Assembly: GCA_039028615.1 (NCBI GenBank)
Contig: JBCCHT010000074.1
Span: forward strand, 1-29,077
Origin: Myxococcota bacterium
GTDB taxonomy: Bacteria > Myxococcota_A > Polyangia > Nannocystales > Nannocystaceae
Direction of reading: 5' to 3'
Length of the DNA stretch: 29,077 nucleotides
How positions within the stretch are numbered: the first letter of the stretch is position 1; every line of letters begins with the position of its first letter. Under the pieces are notes generated by a model. That model searched no databases, was not told the origin of the DNA, and saw only the letters and a list, made by a program, of their open reading frames with translations. Positions 8,410 to 18,281 of this stretch are shown here, in pieces. The position numbers and the translations under genes were made by a program.

Positions 8410-9531
8410 TCAAGGTGCGGAGGCGGATCCCGTCGGCTGCGATGCCGCCGTCGATCCTTCGCCCGAAAACCGGCCTGAAAGCCTGTTTTTCTCGACGTTC
8501 GCCTCGAGCTCGTCGATCGCCGAGGCGAGCAGCTTCGTCGACGCCCCGGGCAGCCGAGCCTGCTCGCTCAAGCATCGTCGAAAGCGACGCGCGCCCGGCA
8601 AGCCGTGCACGAAACCCATGAAGTGACGGGTCACGAAGCTCAGGCGATGTCCCTGCTCGACCGAGCGCTCCACGTAGGGCAGCAGCGAGCGTAGGACGGC
8701 GAAGCGCTGGTTCGAATCCACGCGGTTGGTCGGTTCGTCCGCAGGCCAAGGCTCTCCGCGCTCATGGGCGTCGATGAGCGCGTCCGCGTTCGCGAACAAC
8801 ATCGGATCGTCGTAGGCCGCACGCCCGATCATGACGCCGTCGAGCCCCTGCTGCAGGTGGTCGGCGGCTTGGGCCAGCGTGGTGATGCCCCCGTTGATCT
8901 CCACGCGCAGCGACGGATGCTCGGCCTTGAGCCGATGCACCCAGGACCATCGCAGCGGAGGCACGGTGCGGTTTTGTGCCGGGCTCAGCCCCTGCAGCCA
9001 GGCCTTGCGCGCGTGCACGATGACCCGGTCGGCGCCCGCGTCCGCGACCTGGGCCACGAAGTCGGCGGCGTGCTCGTACTGGTCGAGATCGTCGACACCG
9101 AGGCGCTGCTTGACCGTGACCGGCAGCGGCGTCGCCTTGCGCATCGCCTCGACGCACTGGGCGACGCGGGCAGGGTCCTTCATGAGGATCACGCCGAAGC
9201 GCCCTTGTTGCACGCGCGGTGAAGGGCAGCCGCAGTTGAGGTCGATTTCGTCGTAGCCCATCGCGGTGGCGACCGCGGCCGCCTCTGCCAAGCGAGCCGG
9301 ATCGTCGCCGCCGAGCTGGAGGGACACGGGTCGTTCGATGGGGTCGAAGCCGAGCACGCGCGCCTGGTCGCGACCGAGCGCGGCGGACAGCGAAATCATC
9401 TCGGTGTACAGCAGCGTCCGCCGGGTGACCGCCCGCATGATCACGCGATAGTGGCGATCGGTGCGATCGACCATCGGCGCGACCGACAGCGGGTACGCGG
9501 GTCCGCGAGGCGACTTTGACGACAGAGACAT
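8410..9531 (-). CDS. dusA: tRNA dihydrouridine synthase DusA
   Basis: SVAPMVDRTDRHYR, LLYTEM, LQLGG, DLNCGCPSPRVQ, HARKAWLQGLSPAQNRTVPPL, NGGI, VMIGRAAY. Confidence 0.95.
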   Translation of the reverse strand: MSLSSKSPRGPAYPLSVAPMVDRTDRHYRVIMRAVTRRTLLYTEMISLSAALGRDQARVLGFDPIERPVSLQLGGDDPARLAEAAAVATAMGYDEIDLNCGCPSPRVQQGRFGVILMKDPARVAQCVEAMRKATPLPVTVKQRLGVDDLDQYEHAADFVAQVADAGADRVIVHARKAWLQGLSPAQNRTVPPLRWSWVHRLKAEHPSLRVEINGGITTLAQAADHLQQGLDGVMIGRAAYDDPMLFANADALIDAHERGEPWPADEPTNRVDSNQRFAVLRSLLPYVERSVEQGHRLSFVTRHFMGFVHGLPGARRFRRCLSEQARLPGASTKLLASAIDELEANVEKNRLSGRFSGEGSTAASQPTGSASAP

Positions 9532-9702
9532 CGGCCGGGGGTGATGGTGCAGCCAGGCGCTCGGATGCGCCAGCACGCCGTGGATGAGTACGCCGTAAAT
9601 CGGCCTGAACGGCCGCCAGTTGCCGGTTCGAGCCCTCTGGCGCGAAGTGAGGCGCCACATCGGACCTCCGAGCGTAGCCGGTCCGCGTGCTACCGTCGCC
9701 GC

Positions 9703-10602
9703 ATGGATTGGTTGCGACTTGGCGTGGGACTGGCACTGGGTACAGCCGTGGGATGTGGTGATGACGCCGCGGGGACCACGGCCGGCAACGACGGCGGAAG
9801 CACCAGCGCCGTGGGCTCGACGGGGGCCGACAGCGGCAGCGACAGCTCGGGCAACGCGGGCGCGACGAGCATGAGCGGCTCCAGCAGCGACGACGGGCTC
9901 GACGGCTCGACTGGAGACGACGTGCCCCCACCCGACTGCAGCGACTTCATGGGCGCCGCGACGCCGGAGCAGGTCGCCATGACGCCCCGGGACGACGAGG
10001 AGGCGGAGCTGCTGGCGATCGAGGCGTCGGAGGAGATCGTCGCGCCCACCGAGCTGTACGAGCGGGCGCTCGCCGACTTGGCGTTGATTCGCGCCGACGC
10101 CCCCGAGCTGAGCACCATCCAAGCCCGCCCCCGCTGGAGGCCCGACGAGCTCCGCGTGTCCTTGGATCGAGACAGCGACGCTGCATTGATGGCCGGCACC
10201 TATCGCGACTGGGACTGCGTCAACGAGCACTACGGCGTGGTGGAGGTCATCGCCGAGGGGTTCTTCTTCTCGCATGTCTTGCACTTCGAGGGGCGCTTCA
10301 ACATCCCCTTGGTGCAGCCGGACTACATGGCGGTCGAGACGGTCACCAGCACCGAATCTGCGATCACGGGCGGCGATGGCCCCGACGTGTGCATGTCCAT
10401 CGATGGCGACCTGCACACCTACATCTTCGACGACGCCCGGGGTGATTGCCCGGCGGGCTGCACCGAGCACGCCTATACCGGGTACACGGTCGACGGTCGG
10501 GGAACGCTCGAGCTGCTGGGCGTCTGGGCACCCGATCCCGAGGCCCGACCCGACCCGCCGCCGTGGTTCACCGCGGCCGAGCCCTGCACGCAGTGGCTTT
10601 AG
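9703..10602 (+). CDS. Putative lipoprotein with Ser/Gly/Thr linker and a GDCPAGC-containing C-terminal domain
   Basis: Signal peptide with lipobox AVG-C, low-complexity linker, acidic Cys-containing globular domain. Confidence 0.75.
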   Translation: MDWLRLGVGLALGTAVGCGDDAAGTTAGNDGGSTSAVGSTGADSGSDSSGNAGATSMSGSSSDDGLDGSTGDDVPPPDCSDFMGAATPEQVAMTPRDDEEAELLAIEASEEIVAPTELYERALADLALIRADAPELSTIQARPRWRPDELRVSLDRDSDAALMAGTYRDWDCVNEHYGVVEVIAEGFFFSHVLHFEGRFNIPLVQPDYMAVETVTSTESAITGGDGPDVCMSIDGDLHTYIFDDARGDCPAGCTEHAYTGYTVDGRGTLELLGVWAPDPEARPDPPPWFTAAEPCTQWL

Positions 10603-10612
10603 ACGCGCCCGA

Positions 10613-12013
10613 CTACCCCACCGGGCCGGTCACGGAGCCCAGCAGGAAGCCGGTCATGTCGCTGTAGGTATAGGCGCCGACCAGCCCTCCGACGCTCTCG
10701 ATCTGGTGCGTGGCAGGGTCGACTCGATACGCCGTGGAGCCGCTGCGGGGAATCGCCCAGACGTAGCCGTCGTAGTCGACCGCCACGCCCCAGAGCATCC
10801 CCTCGGGCAGCGTGATGGTGTCGACGACGTTCATCGTGGCCGTCTCGACCGCGAGCAAGCGATCGTCCATCGACTTCCAGATGATGCCGTTGCCGTCGCT
10901 CATGCAGCCGCCCGCGTGGCCGAAGAAGCCCTGCCAGTCCTCGATCAACGCGACGTCCCAGGTCTCGGTGATCGGGTCGAAGCGCCCGAGGTGGCGGTTG
11001 CAGGTCCAGATGGAGCCATCGGTATCGATGGTCATCCCGTAGGTGTGCTCGGGCTCGTCCCACCAGTCGATCTCGAAGGTGTTGCGATCGACCCGCAGCA
11101 GGCGGTTGTTATAAAGCTGCACGATCCACAGGTTGTTGTCGGCGTCGACGGCCGCACCGTAGGCACCGTGACCGAGCGGCAACGGTAAGTCGTCGGGCAG
11201 CTCGATCGTCTCGGTGATGGAGCCGTCCTCACCGTCGATGAGCAGGACGTCGGCCGAGTCCGAGGTGTCGTTGTTGCCCGAAGCCCACACCATGGAGCCG
11301 ACCACCTCGCAGGTCTCGGGATCGAGGACACCCGAGGTCCACGCGACGGCGCGCATGTTGAGGTAGTTGAGCGGGGTGTGCCACGCCCGGCACTCTTCGT
11401 CGTCCCAGGCCTGGGTCGTGCCCGGACCGCCGGGCGAGGTCTGGATCCCCGGCGTGCCGTTCGTGTCCTGGCACCGCGAGGGACTGCCGTAGAACTTGGT
11501 GAGCCCGCCGTCGCGAGATAGCACCACCGCGTCGTTGGCCCCGTTGACCGAGGTCCGCGAAGGGTTGCCGCCGCCGTCGGGGCGCACCGCGTAGCGGCCC
11601 ACTTCCTCGAGCTCGCGGGTGTCGATCTTGGAGACCGTGCCCTCGCTCGAGTTGGCGATCCAGATGTACGACTCGTCGATCTTCCCGCCCGAGGGGCACC
11701 CCTTCGGGCCGCCTCCGACATCGAAGGTCACGGGCGGTGCCCCGGACGAATCGGAGCCCGACGTGGTCCCAGTGGCGGTATCGAGCGCGCCCGAGCTGTC
11801 GCCCCCCATGCCCTGGGTCGCGGTCGAGCCTCCCTCGCCGTCCACCGCCGTGGTCGACCCCGGCTCGACCGAGCCGGAGCTCGAGACGGTGGTCCCACGC
11901 TCATCGCCCGTAGAGCTCCCCGCGGGCTCTGAACCGCAGCCGCCAAGCGCCAGCGCCAGGCCGAAGAAGCCACCCCAACCCGCACCACGACGCTTCGACA
12001 ACCGGCCGCCCAT
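10613..12013 (-). CDS. Putative lipoprotein with a beta-propeller (Vgb/NHL-like) domain
   Basis: Lipobox LGG-C, S/T/G linker, YIWIANSSEGTVSKIDT, NPSRTSV, repeated YGxxxDxDxxxW blades, YTYSDMTG end. I recall this family as common in myxobacteria. Confidence 0.8.
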   Translation of the reverse strand: MGGRLSKRRGAGWGGFFGLALALGGCGSEPAGSSTGDERGTTVSSSGSVEPGSTTAVDGEGGSTATQGMGGDSSGALDTATGTTSGSDSSGAPPVTFDVGGGPKGCPSGGKIDESYIWIANSSEGTVSKIDTRELEEVGRYAVRPDGGGNPSRTSVNGANDAVVLSRDGGLTKFYGSPSRCQDTNGTPGIQTSPGGPGTTQAWDDEECRAWHTPLNYLNMRAVAWTSGVLDPETCEVVGSMVWASGNNDTSDSADVLLIDGEDGSITETIELPDDLPLPLGHGAYGAAVDADNNLWIVQLYNNRLLRVDRNTFEIDWWDEPEHTYGMTIDTDGSIWTCNRHLGRFDPITETWDVALIEDWQGFFGHAGGCMSDGNGIIWKSMDDRLLAVETATMNVVDTITLPEGMLWGVAVDYDGYVWAIPRSGSTAYRVDPATHQIESVGGLVGAYTYSDMTGFLLGSVTGPVG

Positions 12014-12098
12014 CACGTGCTCGTACTACCACGCGCGCCCCCGGACCGACCATTTCGATGCTGCGAAGATCCATGGACGGCAGTGCTACGATTCGACG

Positions 12099-14453
12099 GT
12101 GACGTCCGGCGACGACGAGACGCTCGCGGCGACCTCGACCGGCGCGAGGTCGGCGTCGTTCGAGGGTCCCGAGCCCGCCCTCGGGACGGTGTTCGCCGGT
12201 CGCTACGAGATCGAGGCGCCGCTGGGGCGCGGCGGCATGGGCTCGGTGTATCGCGTACGCGACACCAAGCTCGACGAGGTCGTCGCACTCAAGCTGCTCA
12301 CGCTCCAGACCGAGCAAGCCGAGGACCGTTTCGTGTCGGAGGTGCGACTCGCCCGTCGAGTCACGCACCCGAACGTCGCACGCACGCACGATTTCGGCGA
12401 AGACGGGCCCTTTCGCTTCCTCACCATGGAGTACGTGCCCGGCACGACGCTCGAGCGCATCATCGAACAGCGGGGGCCGCTGTCCAGCGCGGACGTAGTG
12501 ACTTTCGCTCAACCGATTGCAGCCGGGCTGGCGGCGGCGCACGCGGCGGGCGTCGTGCATCGCGATCTCAAGCCAGCGAACGTGCTGGTGGGCGAGGCGC
12601 AGCGCGTGGTGCTCACCGACTTCGGCATCGCCCGGGCGGCCGAGCACGACGGTGGCACCCACAGCGGCATGATGATGGGCACGCCCTACTACATGTCGCC
12701 CGAGCAGGTCATGGGCAAGCCGGCCGACGCCCGCAGCGACCTGTATGCGCTGGGGCTCATCATGTACGAGCTCGCGACCGGCACCCGCCCCTTCATCAGT
12801 GACAACCCCATGGGCTCCGCCCTGGCGCGGCTCCACAGCTGCCCCGTCGATCCTCGCCGCGACCACGTCGTCGACGATGGGCTCGCTTCGCTGATCCTCC
12901 GTTGCCTGGCCCGCGAGGCCCATGGGCGCCCCGCCTCCGCCGACGCGATCCTCGAGCGTTTGCGTGCGGTGGGGAGCTCGGCCTCCACCGACCCGACGCC
13001 CGAGCCCAGGCCGACCACCGAGACGACGTCGACGCCCTTTGCTCCCCTGGCGGAGGGCGGTCGTACGGTGGTGGTGCTGCCCTTTGCCTTTCGCGGCGCC
13101 TCGGAGCACGCCTACCTCGGCGAGGCCATGGCCGAAGAGCTCATCGACGTGCTCTCGCGAACCAAGGGCCTGCGGGTGCTCTCGCTCGGCGCGACGCGCC
13201 GCTTCGCGGAGACTCGAGACCCCGCCCGCATCGGCGAAGAGCTCGGCGCCGAGTCGATCGTCGACGGCACGGTGCAGCATGCCGCCGCGCGGGTGCGGCT
13301 GTCGGTGAGGATGATCGATCCCGACGGCACCCAGCGCTGGGCCGAGCGCTACGAGGGCGGCCTCGAGGACGTCTTCGAGCTGCAGGAGTCGCTCGCCCGC
13401 CGCGTGGCCGAGGCCCTGCGCATCGAGCTGGACGTCGTCACCCATGGCGTCGCCGCGCCGCCCGAGGCGATCGAGCACTACCTGCGAGCGCGACGTCTAC
13501 AACGCACCATGCCCTTGCTCGGCGCCGAAGAAGCGGTCGGACTGCTCGACCGTGCTCTCGGGGCGGCGCCCGGCCTCACCCCGGCCCTCGCCGCGCATGC
13601 GATGGCCTCGGTGCGCGCGTGGTGGGGCTACGAGGACTGGGAACGCAGCGCAGCGCGAGCCGAACGCGCTCATCGAAGCGTGCTCCGGGCCCAACGCCAG
13701 GCGCCCTCGATGGCCGAGACCCACCTCGCGACCGCGATGTGGGAGGTCCAGGGCGGGGGCTTCATCGCGGGGGTGGAGGCGCTGTCCCGGGCGCTCGAGC
13801 TGGCCCCCACCATGCCCGAGGTGCACCAGTACTTGGGACAGCTGCAGTGCGAAGCGGGCCGACCCAAGGAAGGCCGTCGGCGGCTGGAGCACGCGCTCGC
13901 GCTCGATCCTTCGCTGCACCTGTGCCGCTACACCTTGGCCCGCGTGGCGATGCTGCACGGCGACCCCGAGCGCGCGTACGAGCACGTCGACCACCTGTGG
14001 CACTCGCTGCCGGGGCCGCCCGTGCCGGTCATGATCATGGCGCTGCGGCTGTCGCTGTATGCGGGCGACCTCGAGCGAGCCGAGATGTACCGCCAGCACA
14101 TCGCCGGGGCCGGGGGCTCGGGAGTCGTGGTCAGCGAGCTGTTCGGCGTGGGGCTGGGCAAGACCTCCATCGAGCGGGCCGAGTCGCTGTATCAACGCGC
14201 GCACGGGCCCCAGACCAACACCCGCTTCACCACCCTCATGCGCCAAATCGCCGTCGAGCTGTTCACGCGGATCGGACGAACCGACCTCGCCCTCCGGGAG
14301 CTGACCACGGCGGCGGACAGCGCGTTGATCGACGTGCTGTGGCTCGAGCGATGCAGCCTGCTGGACCCGCTGCGAGGCGACTCCACCTTCCTCCGCGCGG
14401 AGCAGCAGGTACGCCGCCGCGCGGCCGCCCTGTGGAAGAACACGCCGAGCTAG
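12099..14453 (+). CDS. Ser/Thr protein kinase with a TolB-like central domain and TPR repeats
   Basis: [30 protein letters not shown], then VVVLPF...[15 protein letters not shown] and helical TPR-like repeats. GTG start at 12099 is inferred. Confidence 0.9.
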   Translation: MTSGDDETLAATSTGARSASFEGPEPALGTVFAGRYEIEAPLGRGGMGSVYRVRDTKLDEVVALKLLTLQTEQAEDRFVSEVRLARRVTHPNVARTHDFGEDGPFRFLTMEYVPGTTLERIIEQRGPLSSADVVTFAQPIAAGLAAAHAAGVVHRDLKPANVLVGEAQRVVLTDFGIARAAEHDGGTHSGMMMGTPYYMSPEQVMGKPADARSDLYALGLIMYELATGTRPFISDNPMGSALARLHSCPVDPRRDHVVDDGLASLILRCLAREAHGRPASADAILERLRAVGSSASTDPTPEPRPTTETTSTPFAPLAEGGRTVVVLPFAFRGASEHAYLGEAMAEELIDVLSRTKGLRVLSLGATRRFAETRDPARIGEELGAESIVDGTVQHAAARVRLSVRMIDPDGTQRWAERYEGGLEDVFELQESLARRVAEALRIELDVVTHGVAAPPEAIEHYLRARRLQRTMPLLGAEEAVGLLDRALGAAPGLTPALAAHAMASVRAWWGYEDWERSAARAERAHRSVLRAQRQAPSMAETHLATAMWEVQGGGFIAGVEALSRALELAPTMPEVHQYLGQLQCEAGRPKEGRRRLEHALALDPSLHLCRYTLARVAMLHGDPERAYEHVDHLWHSLPGPPVPVMIMALRLSLYAGDLERAEMYRQHIAGAGGSGVVVSELFGVGLGKTSIERAESLYQRAHGPQTNTRFTTLMRQIAVELFTRIGRTDLALRELTTAADSALIDVLWLERCSLLDPLRGDSTFLRAEQQVRRRAAALWKNTPS

Positions 14454-14457
14454 CGCG

Positions 14458-14802
14458 ATGTCCACCGACGACCGAGTCCCCGCGCACTGGCGCCGAGCCT
14501 CTCGAGACCTCGGCTTCACCGTCGTCGCCGACCACCCCGTCACGCTCGGCGACGGGCAGTCGCTCACCGCAAACCTGTACCTGCCCCAGTTCGGCGCCCC
14601 ACGCGGCATGCTCGTCGTGTACCGCTTCGACGACATCGAAGACCACGTCACTCGGCTCGGCGACGATGGCTTCGGCTTCTCCACCCTCGAGCCACCGTCG
14701 GACGACGAGCCCTACGACCGCGAGTCCTTCGAGGACATGCTGCGCGACTGGGGATGGTCGGCCGATCCGGCGACGCGCCCCGCGTGGCTCGACGCCCCCT
14801 AG
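14458..14802 (+). CDS. Hypothetical protein (114 aa)
   Basis: Starts 4 nt after the kinase stop. Normal codon bias and protein-like composition (YLPQFGAPRGMLV, LRDWGWS). Confidence 0.7.
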   Translation: MSTDDRVPAHWRRASRDLGFTVVADHPVTLGDGQSLTANLYLPQFGAPRGMLVVYRFDDIEDHVTRLGDDGFGFSTLEPPSDDEPYDRESFEDMLRDWGWSADPATRPAWLDAP

Positions 14803-14906
14803 CGACCGAAGGCGCCGAGGACGACGGCCCCCCGCAGGCGCACCAACCCTTGCGAATTCAACGACTTCCCCCGCGCAATTCCGAGACTGCTACCCTGCCG
14901 CCCGCC

Positions 14907-15674
14907 ATGATCACGTCTCGCTGCACTCTGCCTGCACTGCTGACCCTCGCGCTGGTAGGCGCCTGCGATTCCAAGGACGCCAAGCCCCCGGCCAAGCCCG
15001 CCCCAGCGGCGGCGGCCAAGCAGGGCGACGCCAAGACTCCCGACGCCAAGACGCCGACGCCTCCGCACGGCGCTGCCAACCCGCACGCGGCCGCGAGTCC
15101 CCACGGCGCCGCCAACCCGCACGGCGGCGGCATGCCGCCCATGGCCAAGCCCAAAAAACCGATGGGTCCGCCCCGCGACGTGACGCCCTCGGGCGAGGTC
15201 GCGGCGGAGACCGTGCCCGGCCTGACCTTCTCCGTGCCCAAGGAGTGGGAGAAGGGCACGCCCAGCAACAGCATGCGCGTGGCCCAGTGGGTCTTGCCCG
15301 GCCCCGGTGGCGACGCCGAGCTGGTGGTCTTCCGCTTCCCCGGAGGAGCCGGCGGCGTGGAAGCCAACCTCAACCGCTGGAAGGGCCAGTTCACGCCTCC
15401 CGAGGGCAAGACCATCGACGACGTCACGACCACCAAGAAGGTCGAGGGCAAGGGCGTGAGCACGACCCAGGTCGACGTGACCGGGACCTACGTGGCCGCC
15501 ATGACCCCCGGCTCGGAGCAGAAGCACAACGAGTCCGGCTCGCGCATGTTGGCCGCCATCGTCGAGGGCTCGGGCGACCCGTTCTTCTTCAAGGTCGTGG
15601 GTCCCAAGGCCACCATGGACGTCTGGGCCGCGCCCTTCGAGACGATGGTGACCACCTTCGCCACGGGGAGCTGA
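14907..15674 (+). CDS. Putative lipoprotein with Pro-His repeat linker and a globular, possibly PsbP-like, domain
   Basis: Lipobox VGA-C; PHGAAN-type repeats; VPKEW...SMRVAQW...GGVEANLNRWKGQF...FFFKVVGP. Confidence 0.8.
   Translation: MITSRCTLPALLTLALVGACDSKDAKPPAKPAPAAAAKQGDAKTPDAKTPTPPHGAANPHAAASPHGAANPHGGGMPPMAKPKKPMGPPRDVTPSGEVAAETVPGLTFSVPKEWEKGTPSNSMRVAQWVLPGPGGDAELVVFRFPGGAGGVEANLNRWKGQFTPPEGKTIDDVTTTKKVEGKGVSTTQVDVTGTYVAAMTPGSEQKHNESGSRMLAAIVEGSGDPFFFKVVGPKATMDVWAAPFETMVTTFATGS
15063..15128 (+). repeat. 18-bp coding tandem repeat (PHxxxx x4)
   Basis: PHGAAN-PHAAAS-PHGAAN-PHGG starting at 15063, 15081, 15099 and 15117. Confidence 0.75.
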
Positions 15675-15681
15675 GCACCTC

Positions 15682-16314
15682 GTGAGCGCCTCGTCTCGCC
15701 GCCGAAGCTTCGCGCCGTGGGCGGTGCTCGCGGCCGGGCTGTGGGCGGCGAGCGGGTGCCCGACCAACGAGGGCGAGTCGCCGGAGTCCACCCCCCCGCC
15801 CGACTCGACCCTCGAAGCCACCAACACCACCGAGGCCCCCACGAGCACGGGCGCCGCCGACAGCACGGGTCCCGGCTGGCCCCTGCCCACCGACGACGAG
15901 CTGCTCACCTGCGTCCGCACGTGCGAGGGCCCCTGGGACTGCTGCCCCCCGAACACGCAGGGCCTGTGCCCGGGGCCGGCCTATCCCTACAACTACATGT
16001 GCATCGACGGGCTGTGCGTCACGCCGCCCTGCGTGGCGGACAGCGACTGCCTCGACGAGAGCGAGCAGTGCGTGTCCGTGCGAGGGGCCCCTCGCTGCGT
16101 TCGCCTCTGCGACGGCCCCGGCGACGACGACCCCTGCCCTGCGATCGAGTCCGACCAGACCTGCTCGGGCGTCGACGACGAGGGCCAGACGTTCTGCTTC
16201 GCCCACTGCGACAACACGGGAGTGTTCTGCGGCAACACCACCTGCGACTCGGCGACGGGCGAGTGCGTGTGCAGCAGCAAGGGCCAGTGCCAGTCCAACT
16301 GGGACTGCGTCTGA
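15682..16314 (+). CDS. Cys-rich putative lipoprotein
   Basis: Lipobox ASG-C, Thr/Pro linker, then about 20 Cys in small disulfide-type modules. Confidence 0.8.
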   Translation: MSASSRRRSFAPWAVLAAGLWAASGCPTNEGESPESTPPPDSTLEATNTTEAPTSTGAADSTGPGWPLPTDDELLTCVRTCEGPWDCCPPNTQGLCPGPAYPYNYMCIDGLCVTPPCVADSDCLDESEQCVSVRGAPRCVRLCDGPGDDDPCPAIESDQTCSGVDDEGQTFCFAHCDNTGVFCGNTTCDSATGECVCSSKGQCQSNWDCV

Positions 16315-16616
16315 ACTCGTTCCGCGGCGATTCGGTCGAAGCTCGATCTCGCAGCCGAGCTCCCGGTCGAGCGTGGGCACCCAGGGCCATGGAATCGCCA
16401 ACGATTGCGGGCGACCGAGTATCGAGACGAGACCGGCTCGAGCCCTGACGCGCGGTGGGTTCGGACCCAGGGCCCGGGGCGACCTCGTGACTGGGCCGTG
16501 AACGAGGCCGCGGGATTTACATCTCAGTTCGTGTGACGAGTCGGCAACCGTCGGAGGAATACCCTCCGCAACGCTCGCCGTTTTCAACGGCCACCCTCGC
16601 CCTGGGAAGGACGACC

Positions 16617-18281
16617 GTGAAGCTCCGGCCAACCTCAGAGTTTGTCGCCATCGCCACTGTGGTTGGCCTGACCAGTTGCTACTCCGGCTTGCAGACCACG
16701 CCGGCCGAGGATGACGGCGCGGCTACCGATACGGAGACCAACGACGCGACCGGATCGGATGGTGACCACGACGGGAGCTGCGAGACGCTCGCCGTAGGTG
16801 GCTCTCGCATGCGACGGATGACTCGCAACGAGTACAACCGCACCGTCTCCGAGCTCCTCTCCATCACCACCACGATCGCCGACACCTTCGCCCCCGACAA
16901 CCGCGCCCGGGGCTTCGACAATCAGGCCGAGGTCCAGGAGGTTTCCCCGGCCGAGATCGCGGCCTGGGAGCAGGCGGCCGAGGTCCTCACCGCCGAGGCC
17001 ATGGCGGACATGACCGCGTTCGTCGGCTGCGACGTCACGGGATCCGACGAGGACGCCTGCGTGGCGTCGTTCCTCGCCGACTTCGGGCTGCGTGCGTTCC
17101 GGCGCCCGCTCAGTGCCGCCGAACTCGACAAGTACACCGCGTTCTACCTCGACCACCGCGCCCAGTCGGGGCCCGAACGCGCGCTCGAGATGCTCGTACA
17201 GGCGATGCTGATGTCGCCCAAGTTCCTGTACCTGGTCGAGCCGGGCAGCGAGGCCGAGCCCTCCCCCCTCGACGACTATGCGATCGCCAGCCGGCTGTCG
17301 TACCTGCTGTGGAACTCCATGCCGGACGCGACGCTCTTCCAGGCCGCGGCCGCGGGCGAGTTGTCGACGCGCGAGGGTATCGAGGCGCAGGCCCGCCGCA
17401 TGATTGCCGACCCGCGAGCGGAGGACGTCGTCCGGGACTTCTACTTGCAGTGGATGGACGCCTACGCGCTCGAGGCCCTGCACCTGCCCGAGGGCTTCGA
17501 CGCCTCGCTGGTCGACTCCACCCGGACCGGCCTGCGGCTGTTCATCGAGGATTGGTACGACAACGGGGGTCTCTTCTCCGAGCTGCTGACCTCGAACACG
17601 GTCTTCGCCGACGACGTGCTGGCCGAGTATTACGGCTTGGCGGACGCCTCTGGCGGTGAGCCGATCGAGGCAGCGCTCGACCCCGAGACGCACGCGGGGC
17701 TCTTGACCCGGGCCGCGTTCCTGGGCACGCACAGCATCCCGCCGAGCCGGGGCGACTTCGTCCTCAACAAGCTGCTGTGCGCGACGCTGGTGGTGCCGCC
17801 CATCGAGATCCCCCCGCCGCCCGAGGGAGAGGAGTATGAGACCCAGCGGGAGCGCTTCGAGGCCCACGCGGCGATGGATTGCGCCGCGGCTTGTCACCGG
17901 TTGATCGATCCCCTCGGCTTCACCTTCGAGCACTACGATCACTCGGGGCGCTGGCGGAACACCGACAACGGCCACCCGATCGATGCGACCACCGACGTCG
18001 TGCTGAGCTTCGCCCCCGAGCTCGACGGCCCCGTCGACGGCGCGATCGAGCTGTCGGAACGGCTGTCCAGGAGCGAGACGGTCATGGCCTGCCAGGTCGA
18101 GAAGTGGTTCACCTACGCCTATAGCCGGCCTCCCCGGGCCGACGACAACTGTGCCAAGGAGCAGCTCGTCGAGGCATTCATCGCCGCGGACGGCGAGCTC
18201 GAGCCGCTGCTCGTCAGCCTGACCCTGTCCGACGCGTTCCGCTTCGTCCGCAAGGAGGAGCCCGAGGAGACGAGACCATGA
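16617..18281 (+). CDS. DUF1592/DUF1588-family (PSD/PSCyt) exported protein
   Basis: Lipobox-like LTS-C; RRMTRNEYNRTV, AFRRPL, LMSPKFLY, IASRLSYLLWNSMPD, GLLTRAAFL, CAAACHRLIDPLGFTFEHYD. GTG 16617 with GGAAGG upstream. Confidence 0.9.
   Translation: MKLRPTSEFVAIATVVGLTSCYSGLQTTPAEDDGAATDTETNDATGSDGDHDGSCETLAVGGSRMRRMTRNEYNRTVSELLSITTTIADTFAPDNRARGFDNQAEVQEVSPAEIAAWEQAAEVLTAEAMADMTAFVGCDVTGSDEDACVASFLADFGLRAFRRPLSAAELDKYTAFYLDHRAQSGPERALEMLVQAMLMSPKFLYLVEPGSEAEPSPLDDYAIASRLSYLLWNSMPDATLFQAAAAGELSTREGIEAQARRMIADPRAEDVVRDFYLQWMDAYALEALHLPEGFDASLVDSTRTGLRLFIEDWYDNGGLFSELLTSNTVFADDVLAEYYGLADASGGEPIEAALDPETHAGLLTRAAFLGTHSIPPSRGDFVLNKLLCATLVVPPIEIPPPPEGEEYETQRERFEAHAAMDCAAACHRLIDPLGFTFEHYDHSGRWRNTDNGHPIDATTDVVLSFAPELDGPVDGAIELSERLSRSETVMACQVEKWFTYAYSRPPRADDNCAKEQLVEAFIAADGELEPLLVSLTLSDAFRFVRKEEPEETRP

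Noticed and set aside
3707..15685. Long Arg/Ala/Pro-rich alternative-frame ORFs (e.g. 3707-5692, 12902-15685, 3723-5315)
   Set aside because: Expected stop-poor shadow frames in high-GC DNA overlapping well-supported genes; no recognisable motifs.
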